DNA of 64,000 nucleotides, from positions 11,036,001-11,100,000 of the forward strand of contig CM068762.1 in the NCBI GenBank assembly GCA_035084275.1, given 5' to 3'. Below, piece after piece: positions 1 to 13,800 of this stretch. Each line of letters starts with the position of its first letter. The first letter of the stretch is position 1. The position numbers and the translations under genes were made by a program. The notes below the pieces were generated by a model, which did not search any database, was not told where the DNA came from, and worked only from the letters and a program-made list of their open reading frames with translations. Source of the DNA: Hydrolagus colliei (taxonomy: Eukaryota).

Positions 1-110
1 TCCCCTTGTCCAAGGATCGTACAGTATTTAATCAGAATTCATGTGACGCTTTGATTACGTTGGCAAGTGTCTGGCCACAGTGTGTTGCTGGGATAATAAT
101 AAAACAATAG

Positions 111-428
111 TAATAATAATCCTTGCATTTGATATAGCGCTTTTCACGTCTTCCAGAAGTCTCAAAGCGCTTCACAGAATATACTGTAAGGTGAATTGAA
201 TGTATATTGAGGGTGAAACGCAGCAGCCAATTGTGCATAGCAATTGTCCCACAGACAGTCGTGGATTGAAATGACCAATTTTATGTTGTTGGTTTTTTGG
301 AGAGATTATTATTAGGCGTGTGCGTGTGTGTGGCGTAAAGAAACTTGCCCGAGGTTTCACCCTAACTTTCCTGTATTCGAAACACATGTTTGTAAGGCGA
401 GTGCTCTAACCACTGAGCTACAGGAGGT
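111..428 (-). mobile_element. tRNA-derived SINE (DeuSINE-like body, L2-like tail), near full length
   Basis: Head with A box TAGCTCAGTGG and B box GTTTCGAAT; body GCAATTGGCTGC; tail GCGCTATATCAAATGCAAGGA(TTA)n. Confidence 0.85.
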
Positions 429-1337
429 CCACTTTCCCATCACTAGGCCTCTCCCTCGTCTCTCTCTCTCTCTCTCTCTTTGAACCCAATCTCTAGTGTC
501 TTCTCAAGGCAAGGCTGTGTGTCACCAATGTCCCCAATGTTGTGTACACCTTACTGCAGCCAAAATCCACCTTTGGTTCACGCTCCTTGTTACACATTCA
601 TTTGATCTACTTCTGGTAATGTGTTTGCCCACTTCCTGTTTTGCAGTAGCCAAAGTTAGACTCGACTGCAGCGCAGATCCATTTTACGGACAACACACAA
701 TCACCTTGAATTGAACAAAAAGGATTGGAAAAGGAACATGGATGATGATTGAACATAAGACTAATAATTCACGTGTTTGAACTCAGCGGCTTATCACGTC
801 ATCGATACATCTCAAAACGACAACAGCAAATCAAAGGACACTGTTGATTGACACACAGAATATACTGTAAAGTGAATTCACTTCACAAATGCAAACTGTT
901 GTTAAAATAGCAGCGGGAGGAGGTGGGTGGGAAAGGGGGCGGGGGGGGGGGGGGGGGGGCAAGGTTGGTCTCTGCTGGCTGACTACTTACATACAGAAAG
1001 TTTTCCAAAACAAAGCATTTCCAAAGCATTTCATTTAACGCAGTCATTTGGGCATTTCGCATTGACCGTGTTAAATAAATAATTGGACAATACTCCTGTT
1101 AATTAGCTGCCTGCCCGCCATCACCTCTCGCTCAGCATGGATTACCTGGTGAAACCATGAACGAATAAAAATAATCACTATCGAATTTTCTTTCAAATCG
1201 CCAGGCCAGTGAGTGCCTGCCGTGGTAGAGCTACCCAGCTAAATTGTGCTAAATTGCAAGCGAGAGGCCTGGGTTCGATTCCTGGCGTGGGCGAAACCTT
1301 GGGCAAGTTTCCTTACTCCACACGCCTGATAAGAATC

Positions 1338-1381
<44 letters not shown>

Positions 1382-1725
1382 GATAGAAAGAGAGAAAAAA
1401 TATCTAACAATAAATCGGTCACTCAATCCGCGACTGTTTGCGGGGACATTGCTGTGAGCAACTGGCTGCCACGTTTCGCCCCCACAAATATACAGTCAGT
1501 TCATTTTACAACGTATTCTGTGAAGCATTTTGAGGCGTCTAGGAGACGCGATAAGGCGCTATATCGCACGCAAGGAATAATACCATTCCTCCGGAGGTTG
1601 CCCCGGGAGACTCATTAAACTTGAGCTCAGGCCACAAGCCCGTATCACCAATACACAGAGCGATGGATTTTTTGGCTGCGTGTGCGTCCAAGATCGATAG
1701 AGCAAACCAATGGGAAAAGCCCTAC

Positions 1726-1847
1726 CTGGTCTGCAGTCTGCTCTGTCGTTGTTCCCGTAGAGACTGTCTCCTCTGATAGCTTTCCCCATTGCTGGCAGTC
1801 GAGTTTGATGAAGTTCCTACAGTGTTGGTGAGTGGTGCAGTTGCAGT
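1726..1847 (-). CDS. RASSF5: RASSF5 coding exon 2 (second half of C1 domain)
   Basis: Acceptor ttgttcccacag|, 122 nt, (N)[40 protein letters not shown], donor CAG|GTAGG. Confidence 0.85.
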
Positions 1848-4800
1848 CTGTGGGAACAAGGATCACATCAGAGGCAGGCGATTAAAATCTACCGGGGTTC
1901 ATCAATGGGGCGGACCACTGATTTTGCACAGGGAATGTGTCGAGGCAGCTGAAAGTATATCGACGCGAACTGTAGACAATTACGACGGCGATGCTCGCAT
2001 TCGATGTGGCGCTTTTCGCGTCTTCTAGACAGTGTCTCAAAGCGCTTCACGGAATATACTGTAAAGTGAATTGGCTGTGTGTTTGTGGGCGAAACGCGGC
2101 AGCCGATTGCGCGCGGCAGCGTTCCCCCCACGAATGGTCGTGGATTGAAATGACGGATTTTATTATTGTGTTTTTTTTTTATCGGGATTATTATTATGCG
2201 TGCGTGTGTGTGTGCGTGTGTGGAGTAAAGGAAACTTGCCCAAGGTTTCGCCCTGACCTGCCCGGATTCGAACACAGTTCCCGCTCTTGGAAGGCGAGCG
2301 TGCTCTAAACCACCGAGCTACAGCAGCTCCACAAACGCGAGGATTACGGTGACGCCAAAATTTCTTCCCGATGAGTCTCGAAACCCACAGATTGATTGCG
2401 CTGCAAACTAAACCACCGAGCGAGGCACATTTGGCGGCCACTACATTGGCCATGGATCGGCAGATTGCTCTAAATGAAGCTTCCGAAATCAATTTGCTCC
2501 GGCAACTTTTCTTAACAGATCGTTGCAGCGAGACTGATCAGTCAATATTCCTGTCCCATCGCACGAGATGAATGTCCCAGTGATGGTCCATAACTGACGA
2601 CCTCACCCTCGAGGCCGTGGTTCGGTCATTGCTGTGCTCAACAACAACAACAACAGCTTGGATTTATATAGTGCCTACCCCCTCCCCCCCACCCCCCCAC
2701 ACTTGCCCTCAATCTGCTCATTGATAACTATTGAAGACTTCCCCACTTTCTGTCAAGATTCCTGATTGTAATACTAACAATGGTCGCATTTGATAGTGCG
2801 ACTCATCACATCATCTCAATGTCTCCCCTCCAAAAAAATTGGTCATTTCAATCCACGGCTGTTTGTGGGGGACGCTGCTGTGCGCAGTTGGCTGCCGCGT
2901 TTTGCCCACAAAATATACAGTCAATTCACTTTACAGTATATTGTGTGAAGCGCTTTGAGACGTGAAAAGCGCTGTATCAAATGCTAGGATTATTATTATG
3001 TCTCAAAGCACTTCAGAGAACACAGACATACAGTAAAAGTGGTGTGACTGTATGTGTGTGTATTTTGTGGGCAAACATATTGTTTTTGGAGGGGGTGGGG
3101 GGGGGGTGGTTTCAGACATATCGAGAGGTTGGGGCAGATGTAACCAGTTAAGAGCGAGATGCAATGGAAATATTCTGAACGAAATTTCACTTGAACAAAA
3201 CTGTAGCACAGCACTTAACAAAATCCACGGAAAACAGTATTTTCAAAGCCCAGAGTTCTGCCAAATCGTAAGCTTTGACCAGGTGACACACATGTTTATT
3301 GGTGGGAGCGCTATGTAGCAATTACTCACTGTCGTTAAAGTACTTTCAGTAAATGTCATAAAAATTGCCTGTAAATGAATACAGTATTAAGAGGCCGGTT
3401 GAGTAAAGGTTTACACATGGCAGGACACAATGCCATCTAGTGGCCATTAGCCAGAAGTTCAGCAGGTCAGGCAGCATCCATGGAGAAAGGAAAAAGAGTC
3501 GACGTTTCAGAACTGACGAAGGGTTGTACACGTGAAACGTTGACTCTATTTCCTCTCTCCATGGATGCTGCCTGACCTGCTGAGTTTGCCCCGGCAACTT
3601 CTGTTTTCGTTTCAGATTCCCAGCAATCTGTAGTATTTTGTGTTTTGATAGCATTATCAGCGGCTCCCTCTCCATCCCATTGCCAGAAGATAAAGCGCTC
3701 TGAGGCGCTACCCTGAATGGAGGGTGCTATATAAGTGCAAGTTGTTGTTGTGGTGGTTCATTGAACGCCAAAAATCCGCTGTTCGTAAGTTTAAAGTTAA
3801 ACTCATCCATTAAATATCTGAGTAATTGGATTAAAAAAATGAATGAACTTTTTGAAACGGGATAAAATAACAATAGAAAACAAATACACAGGCAATCCAC
3901 TTTACCAGTATACTGGGTGCAGCCCTTTGAGACGTCTCAATGATGTGATAAGCCGCTATAAGGATTATTATTATTATTAAATATGACTGTGATGTAGTTG
4001 TGGGAGGGTTTGCAATCCCTTCTCCCCAACAGGATAAAACAGTACAGTCTAGTCTAGAGACTGTGGGAATTTTTATAGCTATCAGAAATGTCACTCAATC
4101 GTCGACCCACAAGAGGAAGGAACTGTTTTATCGAATATCAGTGAATTTCCCCAGGCATTCCACTCGTGCTCAGGGAGGGGAAAGGATTGTGGAACACACA
4201 AAAATTACATAAAATAACAACAATCCTTGTACTTGACACAGCGCCCTAATCAACTAGCAATGATCTGCCAAGTTTCGCCCCACAAAACATACAGTCAATT
4301 CACTTTAGGGTATATCCTGTGATGCGCTTTGAGACGTCTCGAAGACATGACAAGGCGCTGTGTCAAATGCAAGGATTATTACTATTATTATCATCGCATC
4401 ATTGAGACGTCTCAAAGCTCTTCGCAGAATATACTGTGAAGTGGAGTGGACTCACTGTGTACTTTGCGGGCGAAACGCAGCAGCCAAAATTGTGCGCAGC
4501 AGCGTCCCACAAGCAGTCGTGGATTGAGTGACCAATTATTTGGGAGGGATTATTGCCACCTTGGCGGGTTTAACGCACACAATCATTTCCAATAAATCTA
4601 TTGCCTTGAACAAAAAGACTGACTTATCTGTTCCCCTCATTTGTTGCACATGACCCTTTCAGTAAAGAATTTCTCTAGCTTAACAAACGTTCCTCTCCCA
4701 CTAGATGTCTTGTCAGAGCATGTTTAGTTAAGTCTCCTCCCAGGTCAACGATAAAAAAGCCCCTTATCTCTAAAAGCTTGCCGACAGAAAAAAAACTGCA

Positions 4801-7800
4801 TCTACCAGTAAATGTCAACAAAACAACAACACACAAACTCCTTTTCGTGGTGGAGTTGGGAAAGTCTCTGGGGATATTTTTTTTGATCTGCTGATTTGAT
4901 TTTCTTTGACTCTTTTAATTGAATCTCACTTGGAAAAACAAAAACACTCTCGCGGAAACCTTTTCACGACGCAGATTAATGCCAAATTTCGTTTGAGAGG
5001 GAGCGAGCCAATTCTGGTGAGGATTAAAACGAAACAACAACAACTTTGATTTATATAGCGCCCTCCACGCCGGACGGCGTCTCAGAGCGCCTCAAACGAC
5101 TTCAGGAACAGTGGGAGCAGTTGTTGGTTGCAATGCTGCCCCCCAAAGAGACTTTCAAATTGAACGATGCATTCAGTGGCTGAAATCAGTCAGTTTATGA
5201 GCCTTTACTTGACCGGCTTCAAACAGATGGGCCCTATAGCTCGTGGGGGTCTTGTAGCTCAGTGGTCAGAGCACTCGCCCTCACAAGCGAGAGACCTGGG
5301 TTCGATTCCCAGGCAGGGCAGGGCAGGGCAGGGCAAAACTTTGCGCAAGTTTCCTGACTCCACACACCCAATAATAATTCCTCCCTCCCCCCCCCCAAAT
5401 AAAAACAATAATAAATCGGTCATTTCAATCCGACTGTTTGTGGGGACGCTGCTGTGCACAATTGGGGTGCAGTGTTTCACCCGCATATATACAGCCAATT
5501 CACTTTACAGTATGTTCTGTGAAGCGCTTTGCGACGTCTAGAAGACGGTAAAAAGCGCTACTATATCAAACACAAGGGTTATTATTACTATTTGATAAAG
5601 CGCCTCATCATCTCATTGAGGCATCTCAAAACGCTTCACAGAATATAGTGTAAAGGGAATTGGCTGTGTATATGTGGGCGAAACTCAGCAGCCAATTGCG
5701 CACATCAGCAACCCCACAAACAGTCGTGGGTTGAAATCACCGATTTATTATATTATTTTGGGGGGCGGGGGGGTTGGATTATTATTAGGCATGTGTGTGG
5801 AGAAAGGAAACAGCAGTGACTATAATTAAAATCACAATCTCATCTCATCTCATCTCATGAGAACTGATAGAAATAAAAAAGACGAGTCAGCCATTTCCGT
5901 TAGTTCACCGGAGATTGCGTGCGTACTGTACGGTAGATCGATGCCACAAAGTGAATCTGGCCACAACATTTTTTTTTCCTCTTTTCATTGATTTTCCAGA
6001 AATGCACCCCCCCATCTCCCCGAGAGGAAACCGTACATCATTCCACTCCGAGCCGTGCACGGCTCAATTCCTCCCAACGGGGAGAAAATACAATTCCAAC
6101 ATTTGCGAGGGTTAAACTTGCCCCTGAGACAAATCAACATGTGGCCCGGAATTGCATTCAGAGACAATCATTCATCATATTTTAATAGCAATTCCCAACA
6201 CAGGCCAATGTGAGCGTCCTGCATTGAACCAGGACGAGCTGATCCTAAACACTGTACAGATAATAATGATAATAATAATAATCCTTGCATTTGATATAGC
6301 CCTTTTTCACATCGACGTCTCAAAGCGCTTCACAGAATATACTGTAAAGTGAATTGACTGTATATTTGTGGGCGAAACTCGGCAGCCAATCGTGCACAGC
6401 AGCGTCCCCACAAACAGTCGTCGATTGAAATTACCAATTTTTGTTATTGTGGGTTTGTTTTGGACGGATTATTATTAGGTGTGTGTGTGTGTGTGTAGAG
6501 TAAGGCAATTTTCGCCCTGATCTGCCTGGATTGGAGTACAGGTCTGCCGCTTATAAGGCGAGTGCTCTAAGCACTGAGCTACAAACGCTACGTACAGCAA
6601 ACTATATCGCCCACAAATATACAGTCAATTCACTTTACCATATATTCTGCGAAGCTCTTTGAGACACAGTCGAGAAGACGTGAAAAGCGCTAGATCCAAT
6701 GCAAGAATTATTATTATTATTATTATTATATCATCTGGGTCGAGGAAGTGAGTGTGATAGAGCCGTTATAATCACTGAAGTACTAGGCTACAGGTTCTGG
6801 GTGTATGATACATATGGATCTGCTCAGTCAATCAATCACCACAAATAAATTTCATGCACAGTTAAAACCAATCAATGATTTGACACCTAACCTGTACTGG
6901 AAACTTGCTCCCCCCAAAAATTGTATTTGGCAGTATGTAGTGTGGTTCCGCTGGTGTGATTGATTCAAGATTGCAACACATTTTAATAGCTCGCCTTTCT
7001 AGGTAGAAATTACTCATTCACCTCTTCTTAAGACCTCATAAAGAATGAAATGAAATCAAGTCGTGAATGTTGTGCAACCTCTTTCAGGAGCAACACCGTC
7101 GACCCTGAAAAATTAACCCCGTCCTGCTCCATTAGTAAAGACTCTAACATTTTATGTTGGGGTGGTAGGGGGGAGGGGAGTGGATGGAGGGTGGGGGGGG
7201 GCAACGTTCTTGCCTCAAATATGACCCAATGAAGAGATTGTCATGGTAACATTACGTTGGACTGTTAATAATCATAATAATCCTTGCATTTGATATAGCG
7301 CTTTTCATGTCTTCTCAAAGCGCTTCACAGAATATACTGTAAAGTGAATATTTAAGGGCAAAACGAGGCAGCCGATTCCCCTCAAACAGTCATGGATAGA
7401 AGTGACCAATTTGTGTGTTGGTTGTTTTGGGAGGGATTATTATCAGGCGTGTAGAGTAAGGAATCTTGCCCAAGAATTTTACCCTGACCTGCCTGGGAAT
7501 CGAACCTGGATCTCTCGCTTGTAAGGTGAATGCTCTAACCACTGAGCTATAGGACTCTTAGCAAGTCTATTCATCCATTCCAAAACTGTGCCTGTGTCAA
7601 AACTGTGGATTATGTCATCAGTGTTGCTACTGGATACAGACTGGCAGACTCTGTGAAACTACACAAAACAGCTGGCAATGTGACAAGACGCATCAGCAGA
7701 AAAACTCCGATACTTCAGCATTTCAAGGAAGCCAGGTTTGGAAACTCTGAGTATTCCTCCACCGCTTCAAACACGGTCAGATTTACGAACCCTGATCTAA

Positions 7801-10800
7801 ACCCGTGCCCGACGTAATGACAGTAACAATCCTCGCATCGGTTACAGTGTCATATCAACACGCCTCAAAGCGCTTCACGGGCTTTACCATGAAAGTGCGG
7901 TGACTGTGCATTTGCAAGAATACTAGGGAGCCCGATACGCGCACAGCGATGTCACACGAACAGCCCTGAAGTGAGTGGTAGATTTTATCAGAAGGTGGGA
8001 GAGGGCATTGTTGGGGAGAGAATCCCCCTGTTCTTTGCCGGTAATCTGTGTTAATTGGGATTATCATTACTATTATTATTTCTCTGTGTAATTCTGTCAC
8101 TTACAGCTCTATTGTTTAATTCCCTGGGTCAGGAAAAAAGGCTCATGTTGTAACATGTAGAGTTGGTAATTGAAGCCGAGCCCCGCACCTCGTGCCAAAA
8201 CACACAATCCTTAATACGGGGAATAATGTGCTGTAAACCTCGCTCCCGGAAAATCCCTGTCATAATACAACCCGATGTGGCAAAAAAGACGGTCGATTTT
8301 CACCTAAAACCCCACGAACAGAAAATTCCAGCCCTGACTTCTGCTTTCATTTACACGAAAAGAATCGATTTCCCGTGGGGAGAATGCGAATAGGATTCAC
8401 CCGCTGACACTGGCAGTAAAACTAACTAATCTTCTCTGCCGCGCTCTGCTGCGCATCCCGAGAGAAACCAGATACAATTTCCAATCCGCTTGACGCCTTT
8501 GTTTTCCAACTCCTCGCCCTCGCTACATTAATCCTAAACGAACAAAAAATCTCTACATTTGATAATAGTGCCTTTCGCGTCAAGGGGGGAAAACTCAAAG
8601 CACTTCTTCGCAGGATTCGACAGCGTAGGCTAGTCGCTCCGCATTATGCAGGCGAGTGCGGCAGCCAATTTGCGTCCTGTACAGCAATATGCTCCCAACG
8701 GCAGTGAAAGGAATGACTGATTTTATCGCGGGGATTTTATCTGGAAGGAATAGTCGTCTGGTTAAAAAAAAAGACTTTTTCCGCACACGCACACAAACAC
8801 ACAAACAAAAAAAAATACTGGAGCTGCTGAGCAAAGCTATGAATTTGGAGGAAAGAGAGGATCCAGCCACATCATGGAAAAAAACAACTTAAAGCCTAAA
8901 TTTTAAATGGTGTTTTTCAACAAAAATAATACTTCCCAATTATTTTTTCGTTTGGTGGACTGAGTCATGGTAAAACCACAGTATTTGGTCACACCCACGA
9001 CGTTAGGGATTCACACAGATCTATGACTTCCAGATTTTACACTCTGGGTCACAGAAGTTCAACGACAACGACAACAACAACAACTTGTGCCCCTCACACA
9101 GTGGCTCAGAGCACTTCAGGCCTGGAGAGAAATGATAATAATCCTTGCATTTAATACAAGGATTGTATTAAATCCTTAATACAATTAAGGATTTAATCAT
9201 GTCTTCTAGACGTCTCGAAGCGCCTTCACAGAGTATACTGTAAAGTGAATTGACTGTATATATTTGTGGGCGAAACACGGCAGCCAATTGTGCGCAGCGG
9301 CGTCGCCCCCCCCCCCACCCCCCACAAACAGTCATGGATTAAAATAACCGATTTTTTCTTTTTTTGAGCCATTATTATCAGGCGTGTGGACTAAGGAAAT
9401 TTGCCCAAAATTTCGCACTGAAACTGCCTGGAATCGAACACGGGTCTCTCGCTTGTAAGGCTCTAACCACTGAGCTACAGGACTCCGCTGAACAACACGG
9501 GTGTTGCCCGGGGCGGGTAAAGGCTGCTGTATAAACACAAATCCTTCTCATTGTTCAAGGTTAACTCTTGGTGGAGTTTTGGACCTGTATTTGCTGAAGA
9601 CAAGGACAAAGTAAAACTCTGCCAACGAGTCTCTTAAGCGAGCGTCAGTGAGTGCTGACTCTGCCTTCGCCCCGCTGTGATTTCTTGCCGACCACTTCAG
9701 TTTTAATGCAGGGAGCTCAAGCAGGCTACCCAATTTTCCGCTAGGCTAAACTAGGACTGATAAAGTGTCCAAGGTCTCCTTCATGCTACTCGGTCACCGT
9801 GCACCATCGGACACTTATCGGAAGCTCTGACAGAACGTAATATTTCACTCAATGCGCTTTGGTAATAAAAAAAAATTCTGAATGTAAGTGGAATATGTCT
9901 CGTTAGGACATGTATCAGCCGACATTAAAATGTTCATTCCGTTACTTTTTTTATCGCACAAAAACGGCGGGATTAGGAGTTGCCGATGGGACCGTCGAAG
10001 AGAAGAGTCTTGAGGCGGGACTTGAAGGAGGTCGGGGAAGGGGGTGGGGGGGGGGGGGGGGGGGTGGCGAGGCGGAGGGGCCGCAGGGACGGAGTTCCAG
10101 AGGTTGAAGGCTGAAGGCTCGCCCTCCAACGGTGGGGCAGGTGGGTCGGGAGATGTGGAGCCCGCCGAGCCAAATGTGGTGGAGAGAGAGAGAGAGAGAC
10201 CTAAGACAGGTGTTGTAATTCGACGCACTCACTGGCTCCTAATCGGAGTGTCCTTGAGCTATGTTTTACGTTAGTTGACTAGGTACCGCACAGAATGGAC
10301 TTCCAGTTCCATTTCCAACGCCTCATTGATTCTATCAAATGCGCCAGTCGCCTGCGAGGATAAATCAAGAATGATACCTGGCCTCGCAGTTCACAGCATT
10401 TGCCAGCTAACGTTTACATCTTCATTACCGCAGCAACGTATCCCCGTTTCAAGGTCACACACGTCTTCCTGAGCTTTAAGATGAACAAAAGGACAAAGGA
10501 TGTAATTTGGCGGGCAACATAATACAATAAAAGCCGGTTTATCTGGCACCCTTGGGCCTGGCCAATGCTGGCTAAATCACGTGCCGGATATTCGACCGAA
10601 AACGGCAAAAATAAATGTAATGCATTTTTCCAGATAAGTTCCGGGTTAATCGAATACGGGCCTTTTTTTTGCGATGACGGTTATATGGAAGTTACGGTTG
10701 CCAGTAACTTTTATTGTATTTATTTAGGGACTCTGCCATATCTTTATCCTCCATTATACTTCCTCCCGTCTCTGCCTGTAAATGGACCCACGTTTACTTT

Positions 10801-13800
10801 TGCTAGCCTATTGCTCTTAATGTACGGCATTTATAAAAGCTCTTAGAAATCTGATTTAATGTTCCTAGCTAGCTTGCCCTCATAATCCATTTTCTCCCTC
10901 TTAATGAGCTTTTTGGTTTTTCTTTATTGATCCCTAAAACACTCTGTCCTCAGGTTTGCTGACCTTATATTTGGCAGTTTTACAGGCCTTTTCTTTTAGT
11001 TTTATACTTTCCCTAACTGCTCTAGTTAGCCACAGATGAACTCAAACTTCTATCTTAATTCCACTTACCCAACCTTCCCCCAATATTAAAAAAAAGGACT
11101 CAAACAACAACAACAAAATTACACTTGTCTAGCGCCTTTCACGTCGGGAGGACGTCCCAAGGCGTTGAACAGTTAGTTCGGGACCCGAACAGGGTAGGGG
11201 AAGGAGAGTAGTTTTATGGGCCTTTTCTTTTAATTTTATACAAAGTCAGTTTGCTAGCGACTGGGATTGTGTAGCTGCCGAGAGTCAGTTGCTGTCCGCT
11301 TTGGTTGAAGGCTTTAGTTGGTGAGTAGGTACAGGGCTGAGAGTTGGTATAGTTGATTGGATTCAGAGCTGAGTTGGTTTAGTTGTTGGGTTGGGTTGAC
11401 TGCTCTCTGTGAGTGAGATGGTACAATTTGTTCTATTTATGGATGAATTTCTCACACACTGTTACTCATCATTTGGGGTTTTGACGAGGTTTGGCTGCTT
11501 TCTGTCGGCTGTTGCTTGGCCCGGGACCTCGTTGGTTATTCTGAAATTGACCTGGAGCCCGTCCGTGCCTGCGATCGACCTTGTTCACCTCTGGGCTTCA
11601 CCTCAGCCGTCAACCGAAGGTACGTCTGAAACTCGCGCCGTTTTTCGTTCGCTGTGACTCTAGCAGCTCGGGATTCGTGGAACATCAAGTGAGCGTAACA
11701 GTGGAAATGTCACGGTGCCAATTAAAGCTACTTCGCTCTTTCTCTCTTTCTCTTTGGCATTTTTCTACGCTCCAGAGGTTTGGCATCACTACGTGAACTC
11801 CATGCAGAATGTCCGACATGCGAACACCTATGAGCCAATCTCTGGATCACATTGTAGGTCGAGAAGGGAGGTTGTGAAGGAACAGAGGCTGAGGTTTGAA
11901 AGGGGACAGGACGAGGGAGATTATTCTTGGATTAATGTGCAGCTCACAGAACGAGTTGACAATAGAGTCGGTGAGCACGGAATGTAGGAACACAGACATT
12001 CAGGTCATCCACTGTAGTAGGCACTGTAAGATGAGGTTTAATTATTTCCGTTGCAACAGTTTGTGATGAGAGAGAAAAGGTGCCCGCAAAGGTTCGTGTT
12101 GGTCGGTCGGCCAGCCGGTGCGGTCACTCAATTATTTTTCGCCCACAAAATACACATTCACTTTATAATATATTCTGCGGAGCACTTCGAGATGTCTCAA
12201 CGACGTGATAAGGCGCTGCATCAAATGAATATTATTACGAAGAGGTGGGAGTGAGGTCAATTCTGGCTTAATCATCCGCTTTCTTCCATATGTATTACTA
12301 GTGTTTCCACGCGGAGGGGTGTGGGGTGGGCGGAAAAGGGTTAGTTATACCTAGTTACTTCTATCCATTCCTTTATGAGTTCCAAGTTGCGACACAGGTC
12401 CGCGGAGGGGAGAGCGTTACCAACTCAGGCTGGGCTGAAAGTTCAGAGGTAAAGCTCTAATGTAACAGGACTTCTAGGAATGCATCAACAAGCTCATCAT
12501 TCACTCTGTATATCACTGACGGGAATGCAAAGACAAGAAGAATTTGGGGTTGTGGATATGGGTGAGGGGAGGGGTGGGTGGGGTAATGCCTTTCTCTAAA
12601 ACAGACACTGTGAGAAATGCTGTACGGCAGTATATCACTGATAATAAAACAGGAAGTGCACAGAATTTTTTTTTTGGGGGGGGACGACGACCCTCGCTTC
12701 ACTGTAGAAATGTTGAGAATCCTGTTAGCCTTTCACTCCGATTCCCATAATAATTCACATTAATGATAATAATAATCCTGGCATTTGATAAGAGCGCCTT
12801 ATCACGCCGTCAAGATGTCACAAAGCACCTCACAGACTATGCCGTGAAGTGAACTGACTGTATAAATTGTGGGCGAAAGGTGACATATGACAATGAACAG
12901 TGAAACAAGCATCGGTCGTTCACATCTCAGGGACACTGATGTCCCACAAAGGGCCGCGGCATGAATGATGTATTATTTATTACATTATTGGAGGGGAGGC
13001 TTGCTAGCCAGGACGAAGGAGAAATTCTCTTTTCGTACTGAATGGAGCTCATGTAATCTTTCACGTGTTTTACACACACTGTGCTTTCCATCAACATTTA
13101 TCCAATAACAAAGTGTATTTAAGGTTGCTCATTTCAAGTTTTGCTGTTTAAGCTGCAGAAATACCAGCCACGACACTGCTCAACGTTACCAGCCGACTTC
13201 ACAACCCAACTTATTTTTGTAAAATATTATTCTTTGAAGCTTGCTAAAACAAAAAAGGAAATAGCAAACCTGTCTCAAATGGGTCAAAATACTTTGTAGC
13301 AGCCTGTAAAAACATTTGACGTTGTATTCATGTTTGTTTTTCATTACAGATTACTTATTATTTTATACAGTCCTGACTTTCTCCTCTGATTACAAGCACT
13401 GGGGAGTCCTGTAGCTCAGTGGTTAGAGCACTCGCCTTACCAGCGACAGACCCGGGTTCAATTCCAGGCAGGTCAGGGCCAAATCTTGGACAAGTTTCCT
13501 TGCTCCACACACGCGCACACGCCTAATAATAATCCTTCAAAAAAAAAAGGAATAATAAATTGGTCATTTCAATCTGCAACTGTTTGTGGGGGACGCTGCT
13601 GTGCGCAATTGGCCACAAATATACAGTCAATTCACTTTACAGTATAATCCGTGATGCATTTTGAGACACAGAAGTCTAGAAGATGTGAAAAGCGCTATTT
13701 CAAATGCAAGGATTATTATTATTATTATTACTTTCCAATCCTCACATCTCCCTCCGAATGGCAGATTTGTAGCATCACAAAATACAAAATATTCCCCTAC

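Noticed and set aside
4697-4710. Second CTCF-like motif CCACTAGATGTCT
   Set aside because: Deviates from the core; too weak alone.
13402-13475. tRNA-like sequences (here and at other SINE heads)
   Set aside because: They continue directly into the SINE body and tail, the anticodon varies between copies and the acceptor stem is poor. They are SINE heads, not tRNA genes.
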